Source: Antedon mediterranea
Lineage: Eukaryota > Animalia > Echinodermata
NCBI RefSeq assembly: GCF_964355755.1
Contig: NC_092671.1
Location: 13,578,001 to 13,642,000 of the forward strand
Length of the DNA: 64,000 nt
Direction: 5' to 3'
Of the stretch, positions 1 through 22,202 are shown piece by piece; the first letter of the stretch is position 1, and each line of letters starts with the position of its first letter. The position numbers and the translations under genes are program-made. The notes below the pieces were generated by a model. The model had not been told where the DNA came from and did not search any database. It saw nothing but the letters and a program-made list of their open reading frames with translations.

Positions 1-2229
1 TTGATCTGAGGATCTGTGAATAATAACTAATTTAAATAAATTGAGATATGCATATGTACTAAATACAGTGGGACTTTTTAATATTTTATAGATGTATAAT
101 ATATTGATCACAATGTTATGGTCAATCAAATTTTACTATAATAAATATACAAAAATATGTAAACAGAGATGGCCTGTTGATTGATCTAACTATTAAGAAT
201 CATATCAAGTTGCTACTATCTCTCAGTTTATGCATAAACCACTGGCCTGGGGGTATTTCAGACACTGTCTCAGGAGAAGTGGTATTATTTAAGGCAAATA
301 ATTAATTAAATTTGCAACTGATATTGCAACAACTTTCTGAAAATGTTCTTTGTACTTGTGTCTAAATGTCCTGCTTCATTTAACTTAGTCTTGAAGCAAG
401 TACTGAGTTTCATGCTCTATACAATGCTAATTGTTATAGAGAACAATTTACATTTTAATATATTACATTTGTTTTGGCTACTTTACTTTTTGGTTATACA
501 TTCAAATGCTTGTTAAATGAACTATGTAACGATTACCTATATTGCAATACTACATACATAAATGAATAGTAGCAGTCTTATGTTTACTTTAACCACATCT
601 ATAATGTGGTCAAGAATACAGTCTATACAGTAGCTTTGTAGCTATGGTAACTGTACACTGTAGGATATAAAATACAAGCATGTACAATAAATATTAAATC
701 ACCATATAAAATTTACGTATTGGCTAATGTGTTGTTATAGCATTAGAATGATGGGATACTATAGTTTAATATATGTCGTTTACAGGGATGGCCTTATCTT
801 AGACTTGATCAAACTACAGTATTTACTCAGTTTAACATAAGGTGTAAGATTTCACGTATAGAGTACCATGGAGTAATATTAGCTTACATAGATCTTAATG
901 CATTTGTATCAATGAGGAATGCAAGAACTATTAGTAAGAAAATAAGTAACTAGCTTAGTCATAAAGTAGTAGATAACTACTAATAAATGGTTACTATTAA
1001 CTGTAAATTCACTCGATTAATATGGGGCAAGGAAATGGTATGACCTATATACTGTATGCATCAGTGTTACTGTATGCTGTTTGTCTATATTAGGTACAGT
1101 AGATGCAATTTAAAAAATCTCTGCACCTATTTCAAATTGACAGATCCGTCACTTCCAGTACATATTATTGTTATGTAACGTTACTGTACATGTTCTTAAT
1201 GATAATAATGATAATAAGTACCGTAGCCCATAAACAGTACTGTATGGCACAGTACTTATTTATGATTTTAATTGCACTAATAGAATACAAGTTGTAAGTG
1301 CCTTCATTCTTACTCAAGTGTGGCGCTCAGCACAAATTAATTCATCTTTGCATTCAGGTTTTAAGGCAGACCTTATTGTACATATACAAGCCTTATTGAT
1401 TAGAAGTTGCAATTAGACAGCACAGAAGGCATGATTATGTAATCCCTCCTAGTGTTCCATTAAGCAAATTGGATTCTCAATGATGTCCATGTATTGTAAG
1501 GCCCATCAATAATACATTATGTATAATCCTAAACCTCAGGTGTGCCATTGGTCATTGTTCTGTGGTCATACTGTACTTGAGCCAAACTTAAATAAATTAT
1601 TATTCTATAGTTTTTTAATGATTTGAGGAACACATAATTTTTTATCTTTTATTTTGCATATTTTGAGCAACGAAGATATATACGGCACTGTAGGTAATAA
1701 AATCCTATTTATAATATATCTAGTTATATTTTAAACATTCTTCCAAAAATTTTGTATAACACTAGAAATTATCAAGAATTTGACAGCATTATAATAGTGT
1801 GTGATTGGATGAAACTTTTATTTACGACCCGATATTTACATCAAAGTTAATGTCTCAATAAACAGTTCAAAATTGACTTCAAATGCTACTCTAGACATAT
1901 GGAGTGTTATAGAGTAATTTGTATCATATGGAATGTATTGCTTGAAACAAAAACAATACACCTACTTCAGAGCTTCCGTTAGAACAACAGGATATAATAT
2001 TAGTTAACTCAATTCAGCCTACTGTTACCAGTATTGTAAGGCAGAGGATTTATTAGAATCGTGTGGCGGTCGTTGGTTCAGAAATTAACCCCAATTCCCA
2101 TGAGTGCTTATGTTAATTCCGCTTGAATACCGTCTCATTGTGAATGGCATATGTTAATGTAACTACAGCATTCAACAAGTAATCTATATGTCTTAGATTA
2201 ATGGCTAAAATAAAAATAATTTACCCTAC

Positions 2230-2289
2230 CTCTTCTTCAATAGCGACGATGCCAACTCCATTTGATGGTACAGGGGCAGTGGGCTCCAT
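2230..2289 (-). CDS. First coding exon of a probable RBPMS/RBPMS2 (Hermes/couch potato) RRM protein; the rest of the gene lies left of the window
   Basis: ATG at 2289 in a strong context (ACAATGG) with an in-frame upstream TAA. It encodes MEPTAPVPSNGVGIVAIEEE and ends at a phase-0 donor GAG|GTAGGG; an acceptor CTCACAG at 2432-2438 opens the exon. Vertebrate RBPMS exon 1 ends in EEE just before VRTLFVSGLP, and RBPMS neighbours DCTN6/GTF2E2 and OAZ2 in vertebrates. The identity is inferred because no RRM is visible here. Confidence 0.55.
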
Positions 2290-4676
2290 TGTGACCGTGG
2301 TCTTGCGTCGCTTCGTGTAAGGCTCGAATTCAGCCACCTTAATGGATTATATGAGTATTTTATCAGAAAAAATTCTACCAGTCTTATCACGATTCCTTAG
2401 GAAAGACGATCAAGTTGTTCCTTCACTGGGCCTGTGAGATCGAATCAAACAAACCAATCATTGATTGTTTTTACCGTACAAGCTGACTTATTTATTGAAT
2501 CACAGGTTATCGAACTTAGCATTGACAGTGCTAAAAACTTAACTTCCAATTAATGTCCGCGTGAGTGCATCGATAAACTTTGCTTAAAAACTTCGTCCTA
2601 TATTTCTGATGATATTATATTAAAATTCAGCACTGTTTTAACTACATTTGCTCCCACACGTGTCTTTGGGTTAAGCATACAATCTACCGTGAGAGTAAGT
2701 GCGCGACTACTAAAGCTACCACCAAGTGAAGAGTCTTCGTTGTTTGTTCGTCCGGTTCCGTGCGTGTGTGCGTGGAGTGCTAAGCCAATGACGAGATGAA
2801 TCCTGCATTATTATAATATCAAATAGATGCAAGGCCGCGTTTTAACAATAGCGGTATCGACGTCACAAAAGCTCTACGATTACCTGTGTTAAAAATCGTG
2901 ACGACCTTCAAACGAATTTATGAGTTATTGGTACCAAAAAAAAAAGACTTTTTTTTTTAACTAGAAAGAAAAAACGACCTAATTTAAGTAATTCTTAAAT
3001 TTATTTTGAATGACACAACCTTAAATGTATTTTGAAGGGTACAAGAACGGGGTATATTCTATATTTAAAATATAATTATTTGAATGATGTAAAATATTAT
3101 CATTTTACAATATAATGTGTAATAGTAAAGTATATATTTATTTATAATAATGATAGTAACAATAATGATGATTAATTAATATTTGTATTTTTTATTGCTA
3201 TTTTTATAAATTCTAGTTCTATTATATTCCATTCTTATATCAATCCATCAATTCTGGAGATAAACCTATGACGTTTGAACCTGTCAAACGGCTCACGGAA
3301 TATCATTTTTATCATCAAACAATATTTGCAAAAGTCTCGGTATATTTGTGAAACCATTCATTTATCTCATCGGGTCACGTCCCTCAAAATAATAAATTAG
3401 TCTTCTAAACCTATCGAGTTATCTCGTAGGCCTTGTCGTAGTAAAAGTACGACACACACGTTTAGTAGGTCGGTAATTAAAAACACATTTCTTAACTTTT
3501 GGTTTGTAACCCAGTCTATTTGAATGTTATCTAAACTATAGTTTTTCAGTAGTAAAATAGCAATAGAAGCGGGGATACAAGCAATTACATTTCCTATATA
3601 AAACTGTATTGCACTGTATAGTGTTATTAACATGGATACACTTGTTGCCGCTTGTTTTCTTCTGGTCACTGATTGGTTAATTTATCACGTAACTTTATAA
3701 TCCACTCGGTTTGGTGACTTATTTGTGAGGGCGCTAGACGATGATTTGTGTTCAGAGAGCCTTGTTTCTCTGTGATAAAATTGTTTTTAGAGTAAATTAC
3801 AATTTCTATATAATATTAGCCAAGTGAAAATAGACGAAATTACAGATCAAGATGTAATAAATGTATTTGTGTAGGATTTTGGTCGACACTAATTTAAATG
3901 ATTTAGTCGTAAAATAGCTTTCATAATTAATACAGTAATAATTTCATGAATTTATCGAATTATAAAATAAATGCGAAATAATAAGAACAGTATCAACATT
4001 AATCATGAGTGTAAAATGTTAATTTCTAATTACCCGACAAAAAAAAATATATTATTTGTAATATACATGCATCCAAACCTTTTTTAGAGAGTATACATAT
4101 TATTTGTTTGTGTTTTAAACAATTTTTTTTACTAACCACTGGACTGCTTTCATTGCACTTATAGAATTGACAACGAAACAAACGCTACTGTGTTCTTCTT
4201 TGGTTTCGAAGTATTGTTCAGACATAGATTAACAATTTTATTTTATTTTTTTTTTTAATTATTAAAACGTACTATGACTCTTAAGTTTTATATACTAGAT
4301 ACTTTATTTTGTATAAAAGATTATATTAAAAATGTCATTTTTACAAAATAATCTTTAATTTGAACATTTCGTAACGATTTCCGATGTTGTTTTCAATAAA
4401 GCTAACAGCCATAGTGCATAGATCGAGGTTAATTGCACTGTATGTTCTAAATGAACATTACGGTAATCAGAATAGCAATAATCATCGATTTCCTTAACTA
4501 TGTTTACTACGATACTACCTGTGTCTCGGGTCGGTGGTAGCAAAGTCTTTCAAGAATTAATTTAACTCTCTTTCTCGTATGCACTCTAAAGAATCCAATT
4601 CATCTTTCGGAAGAATGTACTCGGTGTACTGTCCATTCGACCTCTGTCGTTGTGGACACGAACGGGCGGCCGTTTA

Positions 4677-4933
4677 GTGGCAGCACTCGACACGAAGTTA
4701 TTGTATGTGCCGTCCACATGTGGGAAATTCAGCCCAGTTCTGTAAGTCACAGGTTATCCCCAACATTTACACTCTAGACCTAGCCGAAATTTGGAAAGAT
4801 TCTCACAAAAAATGTTGAGAGTTTTTAGTCAGAACAACCAAAGTGTGGCATCACTCGACACGAACTTATTGTATGTGCCGTCCACACATGTGGGCAATTC
4901 AGACAAGAGAGTTTTCAGTCAGAACAACCAAAG
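4677..4933. repeat. Local interleaved duplication of two segments (about 56 bp and about 27 bp)
   Basis: gtggca.cactcgacacgaa.ttattgtatgtgccgtccaca at 4677 and 4845; gagagtttt.agtcagaacaaccaaag at about 4817 and 4907. Confidence 0.75.
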
Positions 4934-6385
4934 CAAACATTTGAGACGATATCTATATAATTTCAAGTTAAGGAGGCTTTTAAACATTGAATGTAATTCC
5001 AATTCCTATTTACCGTATATCAAATCGCACTAACGTTATGTTGGTTGATTGATTAACTTTAGTTAGTGTTCTTCCATACAAAGTAATATAGAGAATGAAA
5101 AATAAAGGTAACATAATGATGCAACGGCTCTTAGCATATGAACATGCATTTGATCATTGAGTTACTACTGACGTATTTCTCTATAGGCCTATTTCAAATA
5201 TAAAGAAAACAATACTTACTTGTAATTAAGGAAGAATTGAAGAGGCAGCAAACTAGGTAGTTACTGTATTCTATATTTCACGTTGCGCGTTTCAAGTATA
5301 TACGTTGAGCCAAATGTAAAGAATTAACGCGTTTTGAGATGGATGAGACAATACCGATGTGATGCTTATCTCAAAGAGAAGCGCGTAGTCACTGTTGCCG
5401 GGAGGAAAATGAAAATAAGTCGTAAGGTTTGCTTGTGTTCAAGGCACGATTAAAAGTGTATTGCAGCTAAGTGATTTCTCGTTAACAACTCAGACACAAA
5501 CGGATGGATTATGTGCGGATGCTATCATTCGATTAATAATTAGTGTTTATCGCGTTTTGTGGGACAACGCGCATATCGTGGAAATGTGAGAACGGTGTGT
5601 GAAATCGAACCGCTATTGGGTGCGCTCTCAAAGATCATTAGGAGCCATCTTAAGGCAATATAGAAACACAAATACTGACCACTGGTCCCAAAGTCATTTA
5701 TAGTTTAAATGCCGCATTAAGGTATATTTGAAATAACATGTCCATTTATAGAGTTTTAGATTGAGGTACTGGATGGCAATAATCAAATAAGGAATTGCCT
5801 TTTTCCAAATCATTTTAGTATTTCGACTATTAATAAATGTAATATGGTAATATTATTTAGGCTATAGGCCCACGTGGCCCTACACCATAAATAACACGGT
5901 AAATAAACTAAGTCACGATGAAATTAAGTAAAACGAAACATTGGTAAAGGAACATTGCAACATATACAATTTAATGTATAGAGTGCATTATAATTTTATG
6001 GATTGTTTTCCACTTTTAAATGAAATTAAATGTATTGAACGAACACACTTCTCTTGTTTGTTGTTACAATGTTGGTTCAGCCCTGTCACTCAAACAAACC
6101 TTTCCCATCTTGTAACCCATTCTTTTAAAAACTTAACATTCTTTTCGATCTATTTTGTCTCTTTTAAAAACTTATGTCTGTAAAGTCGGACAATAGCGTC
6201 ACCACAAAAGAAAGCAAAGTGTGAAAAGCGAAGCACCTTTGGTGGTGTTGTTCTCGGTTGCCAATGCCATCCAGATTTCAATGGTATACTTAAGTGTCAG
6301 TCATCAACCCAAAAAGTTTCAGCTAATTGTTTAATAAAAATAAAAAATCTTTAAAAAATTACCTAAAAGAACTATTTAGGGTTAA

Positions 6386-6577
6386 AGCTTGGTTCCCAAT
6401 TGCGACGCAACGTAACGCAATGTAAAAAATGTCTTTCCAATTATTGTGTTTTCCCCCGCCTGCCCGAAATAAAACCTGCGATATTTCCAGCACTGTTGCA
6501 TCGTTAGTTCCCAATTGTGATAACGCAACGTCGATACGTCGCTGCATTGCGTTGCGTTCTATAGTGGGAGCCACGCT
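6386..6577. mobile_element. PIF/Harbinger-type palindromic MITE, family B
   Basis: Inverted termini AGCTTGGTTCCCA...TGGGAGCCACGCT with internal ACGCAACG/CGTTGCGT arms, flanked by TAA on both sides; related copy at 63612-63790. Confidence 0.7.
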
Positions 6578-9500
6578 TAAGCCCAGCAGGCCACGGGATT
6601 TACGGAGATACCGTATTTCAATAAATGTATTTATATATACGCAAAAGATTATTTTATAAGATGCTCATAATAATATACTAATTAGCAACCCAAATTACGA
6701 ACTATGTAAAATCGCAACGACTTTAGGCCTATATATAGACATTTCAAACTTCGCATCTTGTGTTATTGTTATTGAAGATATCTAAAATATCAACAAATTA
6801 CTCTAGCAAAGGTTTCATTTTCTAGGACAACATCGATACCCGCAGCTATGAAACGTGTGTATAGTTTTATAAGATAATAAAACTACGATTGTATTGGAAT
6901 GTACAATTTGAGATGACACTGTTGTGTACGATTTGTTCAAATGGGAATATACTAATCCACGCACGCACGCGCGGTAGCGACCGGTTGGATATTATGATAT
7001 ATATAATATATAATATATACTAACATGTTTAATATAATTTGGATATTTTATTGTTTGGATTGAATTTATACGGATACATTGCTTAAATGCATTGTCTCCC
7101 TGAAAAAAACCCCAATTTGCATTTGTTGAATAGGCCGCATAACAATAATTTTGACCAATATGAAACCGTAGTTTTAAGATGAACCTATTTCTGCTCTCCG
7201 TGTGTTCACACTTGCGGGTTTAAACATGTAGATAGCGCACCGTCCTGCGGATGAGACATTAAGCTGTTTGTTCCGTGTGCAACATGGTTCACTCTTTGAA
7301 AAAAAGTATGGGTTCGTCTCCCGTTGTACTTCCCAATTTACCAGCAGAAGGACCCCACTCGAAACAAGTCCACAGATCTTGCGCAGCATCACTATTTTTG
7401 TTAATATGTTTTGGCCAAAAGTGAACATTTATTAAAACTAAAAAGCCGCCCGGTATTCAAAGTTATGATTTTTTTTTATTTTTGATGTTTTTGGGGGGAC
7501 AAAACATTTTTAAGTTAAATTTTAAAATGAATATTCTGTGCCGATGTCTTCAATATGTCATATATCTTAGGCAGTGTGTCAATTAGAAACATCTCCGACA
7601 ATGGAGTTAAGACATGTTAACGTTAAGGCCATCCTTTGCATTTAATATTAATAATCGATAACATTTTGCTAATGACAATGTAAGGTCGAGTGTCTATGCT
7701 GACCGTTAGCATTGTGTACGTGTAGTCAATAGATTGAGCTGGTTCAAAAGGAAAGCCTATATCTACGTATATCCTCAACCTATAGCATTTTTTTAACACA
7801 TAGGTAACAGTAATACCAAAAATAACAATGAAACCAATATAAGGGCTATGTCACGTAATAATTCCCACCTGGTTTGTTATGAAGACCTTTCTCTCTCATA
7901 TTTTACTTTGAAAAAATAATAAATGTCATATTTCTTATTCTTAAGAGATTAAATAAACTGGATGCTTGGACAGGTAAGCTCATTGTATAAATATACCTAA
8001 AAATGACTAGGTCAACGAAATCAAATTGTTAAATTAGGATGAAAAAAAAGATGATAATTAAAAAAAATCAGCTGTTGCGTACTTATATATATTAACAGCA
8101 GGATTGATTTTTTTTTAAATTAACCTATTTAAAACCTACACTTAAATTGGAAAAAGTGGCTACAAAAAGTTGTGTTGATTGAGGTTCACTATTTGGATCG
8201 ATCCCACTTTTTATATGGTTTATTTGGTAATTGTAATAATTGGTGTAGAATTAATATACAGGTTTGAAAGTTTAAATTTCCCGGGCAGACAGCTTTCATT
8301 TCCTGTGACACTTTATGCAAATTACCTTTTAAAGTCTAGGCTTCACGTGTTCACATCGTTTCATTTGTATATGAAATGTGTACGGGTGAAAGTTAACTAT
8401 TTCTCCCAAAGCCGAAAAAATAAATCATATATTTTGAAAAAATTGAGAAACGTGATTTACATTTTAAAATATGAATGTAAAAAATCAATGTCAGTTGGCA
8501 CGTTGTTAAAGAGATAATAATGCTTCTGATCAAACTGTTGTTTCCTCGTAAATGTCTGAAAATATGACAGGCCTAGTTGGTTAATGAAAACGTCTTATTT
8601 AGGATTGAGAATAACAGGAAGAGAAGAGGATTAAACGAAGAAAGGACATATAAATTACTAAATGAATTATGCTGTTTAAATGATGAAATTATAATAAACA
8701 AACAAGGCTTGGTATACATTGTATTGGAACTATGTAATGGATATAGAGGGTCAAAGTGGAACTTTAGGCCTACTCCTTTTAAACGAAATGGAGAGAGCGT
8801 TTTGTTTGGAAGAAAGAAGAAGGAAGTTTAATGGCGACAAATTAAATTCCACATCGAAAGACAAGATTCCAGAGCAATATACCTTACATGAGAAATAAAG
8901 ACAAACGCATCTTGTTAAAATACTATTCTGGTAGGTTACCATGGCCACAGGGCCGCGCGTGTCAACATTTATTTTAAATTAGATATAGAATCTGTAAATA
9001 TGCCTTAAGATAGCTGATTAAACCGATTCAAATAACATTATTAGCATCGTAATTCCCCTATGGGTCTGATCTCTATCTAATGACCAATTAAAACTTATGC
9101 ACCGACTGTGTTAGTAAGTCATTTATCAGTTAAAAAATATATATTTTAATTTGCATTCAAAAAATGGCACCATCTAGATACGGTAGTAATGCGTCTAAAT
9201 GCATATTACGTAATATGCGCAAAGGGCGTGTCACATTCAGTATTCTACTGAAGGCGAAGAACAAACACCCCGCCAAATGTCATGTCCATGTCGATAATCA
9301 TTAATATCATCGTTATAATATCTCAACACCACATTAACAATCCTACCAACACCACCACCAATCTTTATTATCATCATATTGTTTGATCCGTATATCGCGT
9401 GTGTAAACAATATTTATTTGCAGAGAGAATATTACTATATAATAAAATAATAATTATTATCATATACGCAGGGTGATTATAAGCCTTTTTAGCTCATGCA

Positions 9501-9753
9501 GCAACGAATATACGACATAAGATTTATAAATATTGCATGAATGTTAATAACAATACGAAGAAAAACAAGGTATCCTAGCAACGCGGAATGAATATCAATT
9601 ATCATTATATTTTGAAGTCAGTTTTTCAAAATGGAAATTAATCGGAAGACTTACAAATAATTAATGTTTATCATTTTCACAGTATTTCGTTTTTGCTAAG
9701 TAAAGAAGTTAAGAGGCTTACAAAAGCACATGGAAATTAGTATTTTATATTAA

Positions 9754-10059
9754 AGATATATTGTCCCCCTAACAAAATTATTTTTTTTTAAACATGTCAT
9801 TTTAATGTCACATTTTGACCAACAACTGGATCGATAAAAAATTGCCTGAAATAAAATTTAAAGCAAAATAAACCTAAATTGTCTGTCAGACAATGATTTT
9901 TGGTTAAAATTAACCGTTTATTTTGTCTTTTTATAAGTTATATCATTGATTTTTTTTTCTACAGAAGTGAATAAATGTATTAAAACTGCAAAATGGGCTA
10001 TTCAAAGTCTAATTTTATTAATCTTTATTTTTCATGTTTTTTTGGGGGACAATACATCT
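9754..10059. mobile_element. Non-autonomous Kolobok-like DNA transposon
   Basis: TIRs AGATATATTGTCCCC / GGGGACAATACATCT, flanked by TTAA on both sides; partial right ends of the same family near 7490-7513 and 12560-12581. Confidence 0.65.
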
Positions 10060-12015
10060 TTAAGTTTCTATATATAATCTTTGAAACAACAATAATAATA
10101 ATAATAATCCAAATTTATTTTTCGTTTGCGGTTATAAGCCTTTTTTCGTGGTGCTACAGGACTCATAATGCTATAAGATTTCAAACCCGGAGGAGCTACT
10201 CTTTAAAAATGTAAGCACATATTAATACGGAATATTCTTAAACACTAAACCCACCGACATTTGTTTATACGGTCATCGGATCGGAATCGGGCTCAACCGT
10301 ATATACTCCAAACAATACACACCATCACGATAGGATTTAATTTTTCAACATAAATTATTGTCATCATGAAGATAATGATCGTAAATGTTAACTCACATGG
10401 AAAGCGATGTAAATTACAATTCAAACTGACAGATGAAATAATGCATTGATCATAATTAACCACACTTAACACCCCAGCCTTTTATCTCCATTGAGCGGTT
10501 TTCAATTCAGTGTTATCAATTCACATGTTACCACGTCATCAGTGTTTAACTGGTGACAGCAAAACAAATTTGTCTTCAAAGTTATCTTTGTCTCTATCCG
10601 CAAACGTCACCTTATTTGAGACAATTAACTTGATTTATCTAATTCACTTATTATGTTTTATATTGTATGTGCGGTAAAACAATAAACAAACTAAAACTAC
10701 TTGGGCTACCGTCATACACAACAGTGACATCACAGCGTAATAATCCACACGACACATTTAAACAAATGTTTACAATAACATAATGATTATCAAATTGTTT
10801 ATGTCTTGTTACTATATCTTTATTTTTCATAAATAAATATGAAATATATATTGACGACGTGGGCGATTCTAGTAGGTAAGGTTCTTGATCGCTTGGGAAT
10901 TAAGTAATGAGAACTGGAATAGGTCTGATGTCTTAATCAGTAATATCAATTTAACAGGGAATTAAGTGTACTTTGCCAGTTATTATTTTACTTGATAACA
11001 ATGATCAAATCGGCATTTAATTTATGTATACAGGTTACAAATGCACTAATTAGTGAAATGTGCTTTTGGTAAATTGCATTTTAAATAGGCCTCCGTAATT
11101 TGAATCGAGTTTCCAATGATCAGAGTGTCATTCATACAACTTTATACGGACATTCGGGCTACAAAAACACAAGGAGGAGATAAGTATTTGTAACGAGTTT
11201 ATATTAGGTTAATCTAAAGGTATTAAATAAACAGCCTTACATTATACTGTATAAAATAATCGAAAATGAAATAATGATTAGAGATGGCACCGACGACGGG
11301 TTTGATCTAATTTTTTTTCACAAAACTAAACATTTTTTTCCCTGATTTTGTTTGTATTTTGTGTTTAAGACAGGACCACAATGCAAAACAGGTTTTTCTT
11401 TTACCTGATTGTGTAATTCTGTATAAAGAAGTTAAATAAATAAGGACGGTGGTCATTGCATGTCCGCGTGACGGTAACAACAGACAAGCATGCTTACGGT
11501 ACTACGATTACGATATGTGAACGTACACTTGATAATCTACATCGTATAGCGTTGTTATACCTTTGTTTTAGTGCGACGTTTCCGACTGATTTCCACAATG
11601 TATATATAATTTATGTTTATACTCATCTTAATTTGTTGAAGGCGTTATTACCATCATTATTGACTTCTTAGAAAACAAGTACGAACTATGAGTCACTTGT
11701 ATTTGCTTTCCCATAAACAACGGACTTATACCGGATCAACTAAACCTAAACAAAATAGTACATCTATGAAAAAAACCAACATAACGATACCGATCACAAC
11801 AGTACTATAGATATTTAAAAAAACGTGTGACCTTCCATGTGGCATTGCCGGAACCCATCTGTCGTAAAAACGGCTTTTATTTTAGAATAATGAGGCTTTT
11901 CATCCTGCGACTTTAGTAGGAATTTATGCAAATGAGGTAATCATTTGAAAATATGCGTCACCTGGGCATGACGTCTGAAATGCTTCGCAAGACGTGTCTC
12001 CATACCGAGTTCTAA

Positions 12016-12166
12016 AGCTCTGTCTACAAACTAGTTTGACAAAAAAAGTGTGATGTGTCCAAATATGGTAGTGATATGCCAAATATGGTAGTGATATGAC
12101 ATCATCATGTCCATATATGGACACATGTTTTGTTGTCACATAAAGTTTGATAATGTAGACAGAGCT
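12016..12166. mobile_element. PIF/Harbinger (Tourist-like) MITE, family A
   Basis: TIRs AGCTCTGTCTACA / TGTAGACAGAGCT, TAA target duplication, internal CCAAATATGGTAGTGATATG repeats; four more copies in the window. Confidence 0.8.
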
Positions 12167-12945
12167 TAAGGAATGACAATAGCAACATCAACGTTGCCAA
12201 CACCTTTTTAGGTTCCTAAGAAACAGGAAAATATACATTTCTAGATGTTATAATCTATATATAATTACCCTTCAGCATCCGCTCCAATAGAATACGGTCG
12301 GGTAATAGGAAGAACAATATCAATTGGAAAACCACTGCCAAAAAATAACTATTTACGTTACTATCATTTGTTGCCATATAATACAATATTAATAATGAAC
12401 ACAATGTTGTAAACACAATGTCAAATAATAGTGATTTATTTTGAAAATAAAAATTAACTGAAAACCAGAACCTGTTGGGATTTAGTTAAATATAACCATT
12501 TAATTTTGTCTTTTTCATTAACTTTATTAGACGCATACATTTACAGTTTCTATTTGTCATGTTTTGGGGGACAATACATCTACAATAGGCCTGCTAGTTA
12601 ATGGTAGCAGGCTAAGGAATATACTCTGTCGAAAAACACACAACGTTCATAATATTGATCAGACATAAAATATATTGAGTTCACATTTATTTAATTCATA
12701 GAATAACACTGACAAGTTCATTGTATTTATAGTATATATATTGTGCTAGTGTTAAATTGTATTTTGTCTCATCTAAGTATGGCAAGACAGCATGCAATTG
12801 ATATAATATCGAAGGAAGCGTGTGGTACTCCAATTGGAACTGTCCAATTTGAACCAAGATGAAGCTGGTTTCTTGACAAACAAATTAGAAACCTTGGATT
12901 TCCAAAAATGACTGGCCTCTTCTCAATCTATATATCTCTCTCACT

Positions 12946-13088
12946 TTGCTCCATCCAGTCTTTCTCCATCTAGTCTTGCTCCATCCAGTCTTGCTCCAAC
13001 CCGTCGTGCTCCAACCACTCTTGCTCCATCCAGTCTTGCTCCAATCAGTATTTCTCCAACCAGTCTAAGTGCTCCAATCAGTATTTCT
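12946..13088. repeat. 15-bp minisatellite (about 9 copies, consensus TTGCTCCATCCAGTC)
   Basis: Units read directly from the sequence, with one 3-nt insertion near the end. Confidence 0.9.
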
Positions 13089-13174
13089 TGAGATTCATGT
13101 ACAGTACAAAAAGCATTGTTACAAGAAGGTGCCTGTATCCCAAAGTTTCTGTAATGTAAATGGCATTATATGTC

Positions 13175-13301
13175 CAGTATCATAGGTAAATTCTGTAATA
13201 CAGTGTAACATATGTATCACATATGATGACTATGTTTAGGTTAGGGTTAGGTTATGCTTATGTGATACACATATGTATCATATAATTTGTCTATGATACT
13301 G
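13175..13301. mobile_element. Short palindromic MITE with a central TTAGGG-like tract
   Basis: CAGTATCATAGGTAAATT...AATTTGTCTATGATACTG inverted ends; a similar copy lies at about 27715-27833. Confidence 0.6.
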
Positions 13302-14069
13302 TACAAATTATAGATACATTAATGAGAATTGACTAGCTTTATCCAAAAGTAGCTGGAAATTAATCTATTACCAGTGCTTATTTGTTAGTAAAACTTTAAT
13401 TCAGAGATTGAATAGTCACAATTTGGCTACAAACAATATTTCATAATTTGACCAATAAACTCAGTAGGTGCCTTCTAGATAAAATAGGTTAAATCTACTT
13501 TTACTAAAACTTGAATGAATCAACTATGTACTATTATTCCATCTGTTAATATAAATAAAATACATAAATAAATTATGCTCTATTAAGCTCTATACTGGAA
13601 TTGATCATACAGGTGCAGAACTAACAATACTGGAAAATTAATTTGCATGAATTTTTTTAAATAATTCAAAATGTTTGTTTGGTTAAAACGCCCATATGAC
13701 GATGTTAGAAACGTTTGAACTTAGTATTCAATAAATTTAATCTATATGCTATTCTTATAAAGAACTGATTAAAGTTTTTGAAAAGATTTTGAGGTTTGTC
13801 GGCCTGAGCACCTCAGCTGCGGACGACTTAATTTTAAGCATCTTAAAACCATCGCAGGAAATAAGTGAATGGTTTATTGACAGTTTCTAGGGTAACAGTA
13901 TAATCATGAACATTACTGGCACCATCATCATTAAATTGCATGTGTAACCAAGACAACGGGTAAACATTGGTTTTATAATTTCTGTGGCTGAATCTAAAAC
14001 TTGAAAAGCTAATCTATATTTAATGTTACCTTGAATGGACTAACACAGGCTTGAAATAGCTGTTGCAAC

Positions 14070-22202
<8,133 letters not shown>

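Noticed and set aside
2900-12000. Many short 60-112 aa ORFs in the intergenic interval
   Set aside because: No recognisable domains, no consistent exon chain, and composition typical of AT-rich non-coding DNA or repeat fragments.
13236-13253. Telomeric TTAGGG repeats
   Set aside because: Only about three imperfect units, inside a small palindromic MITE.
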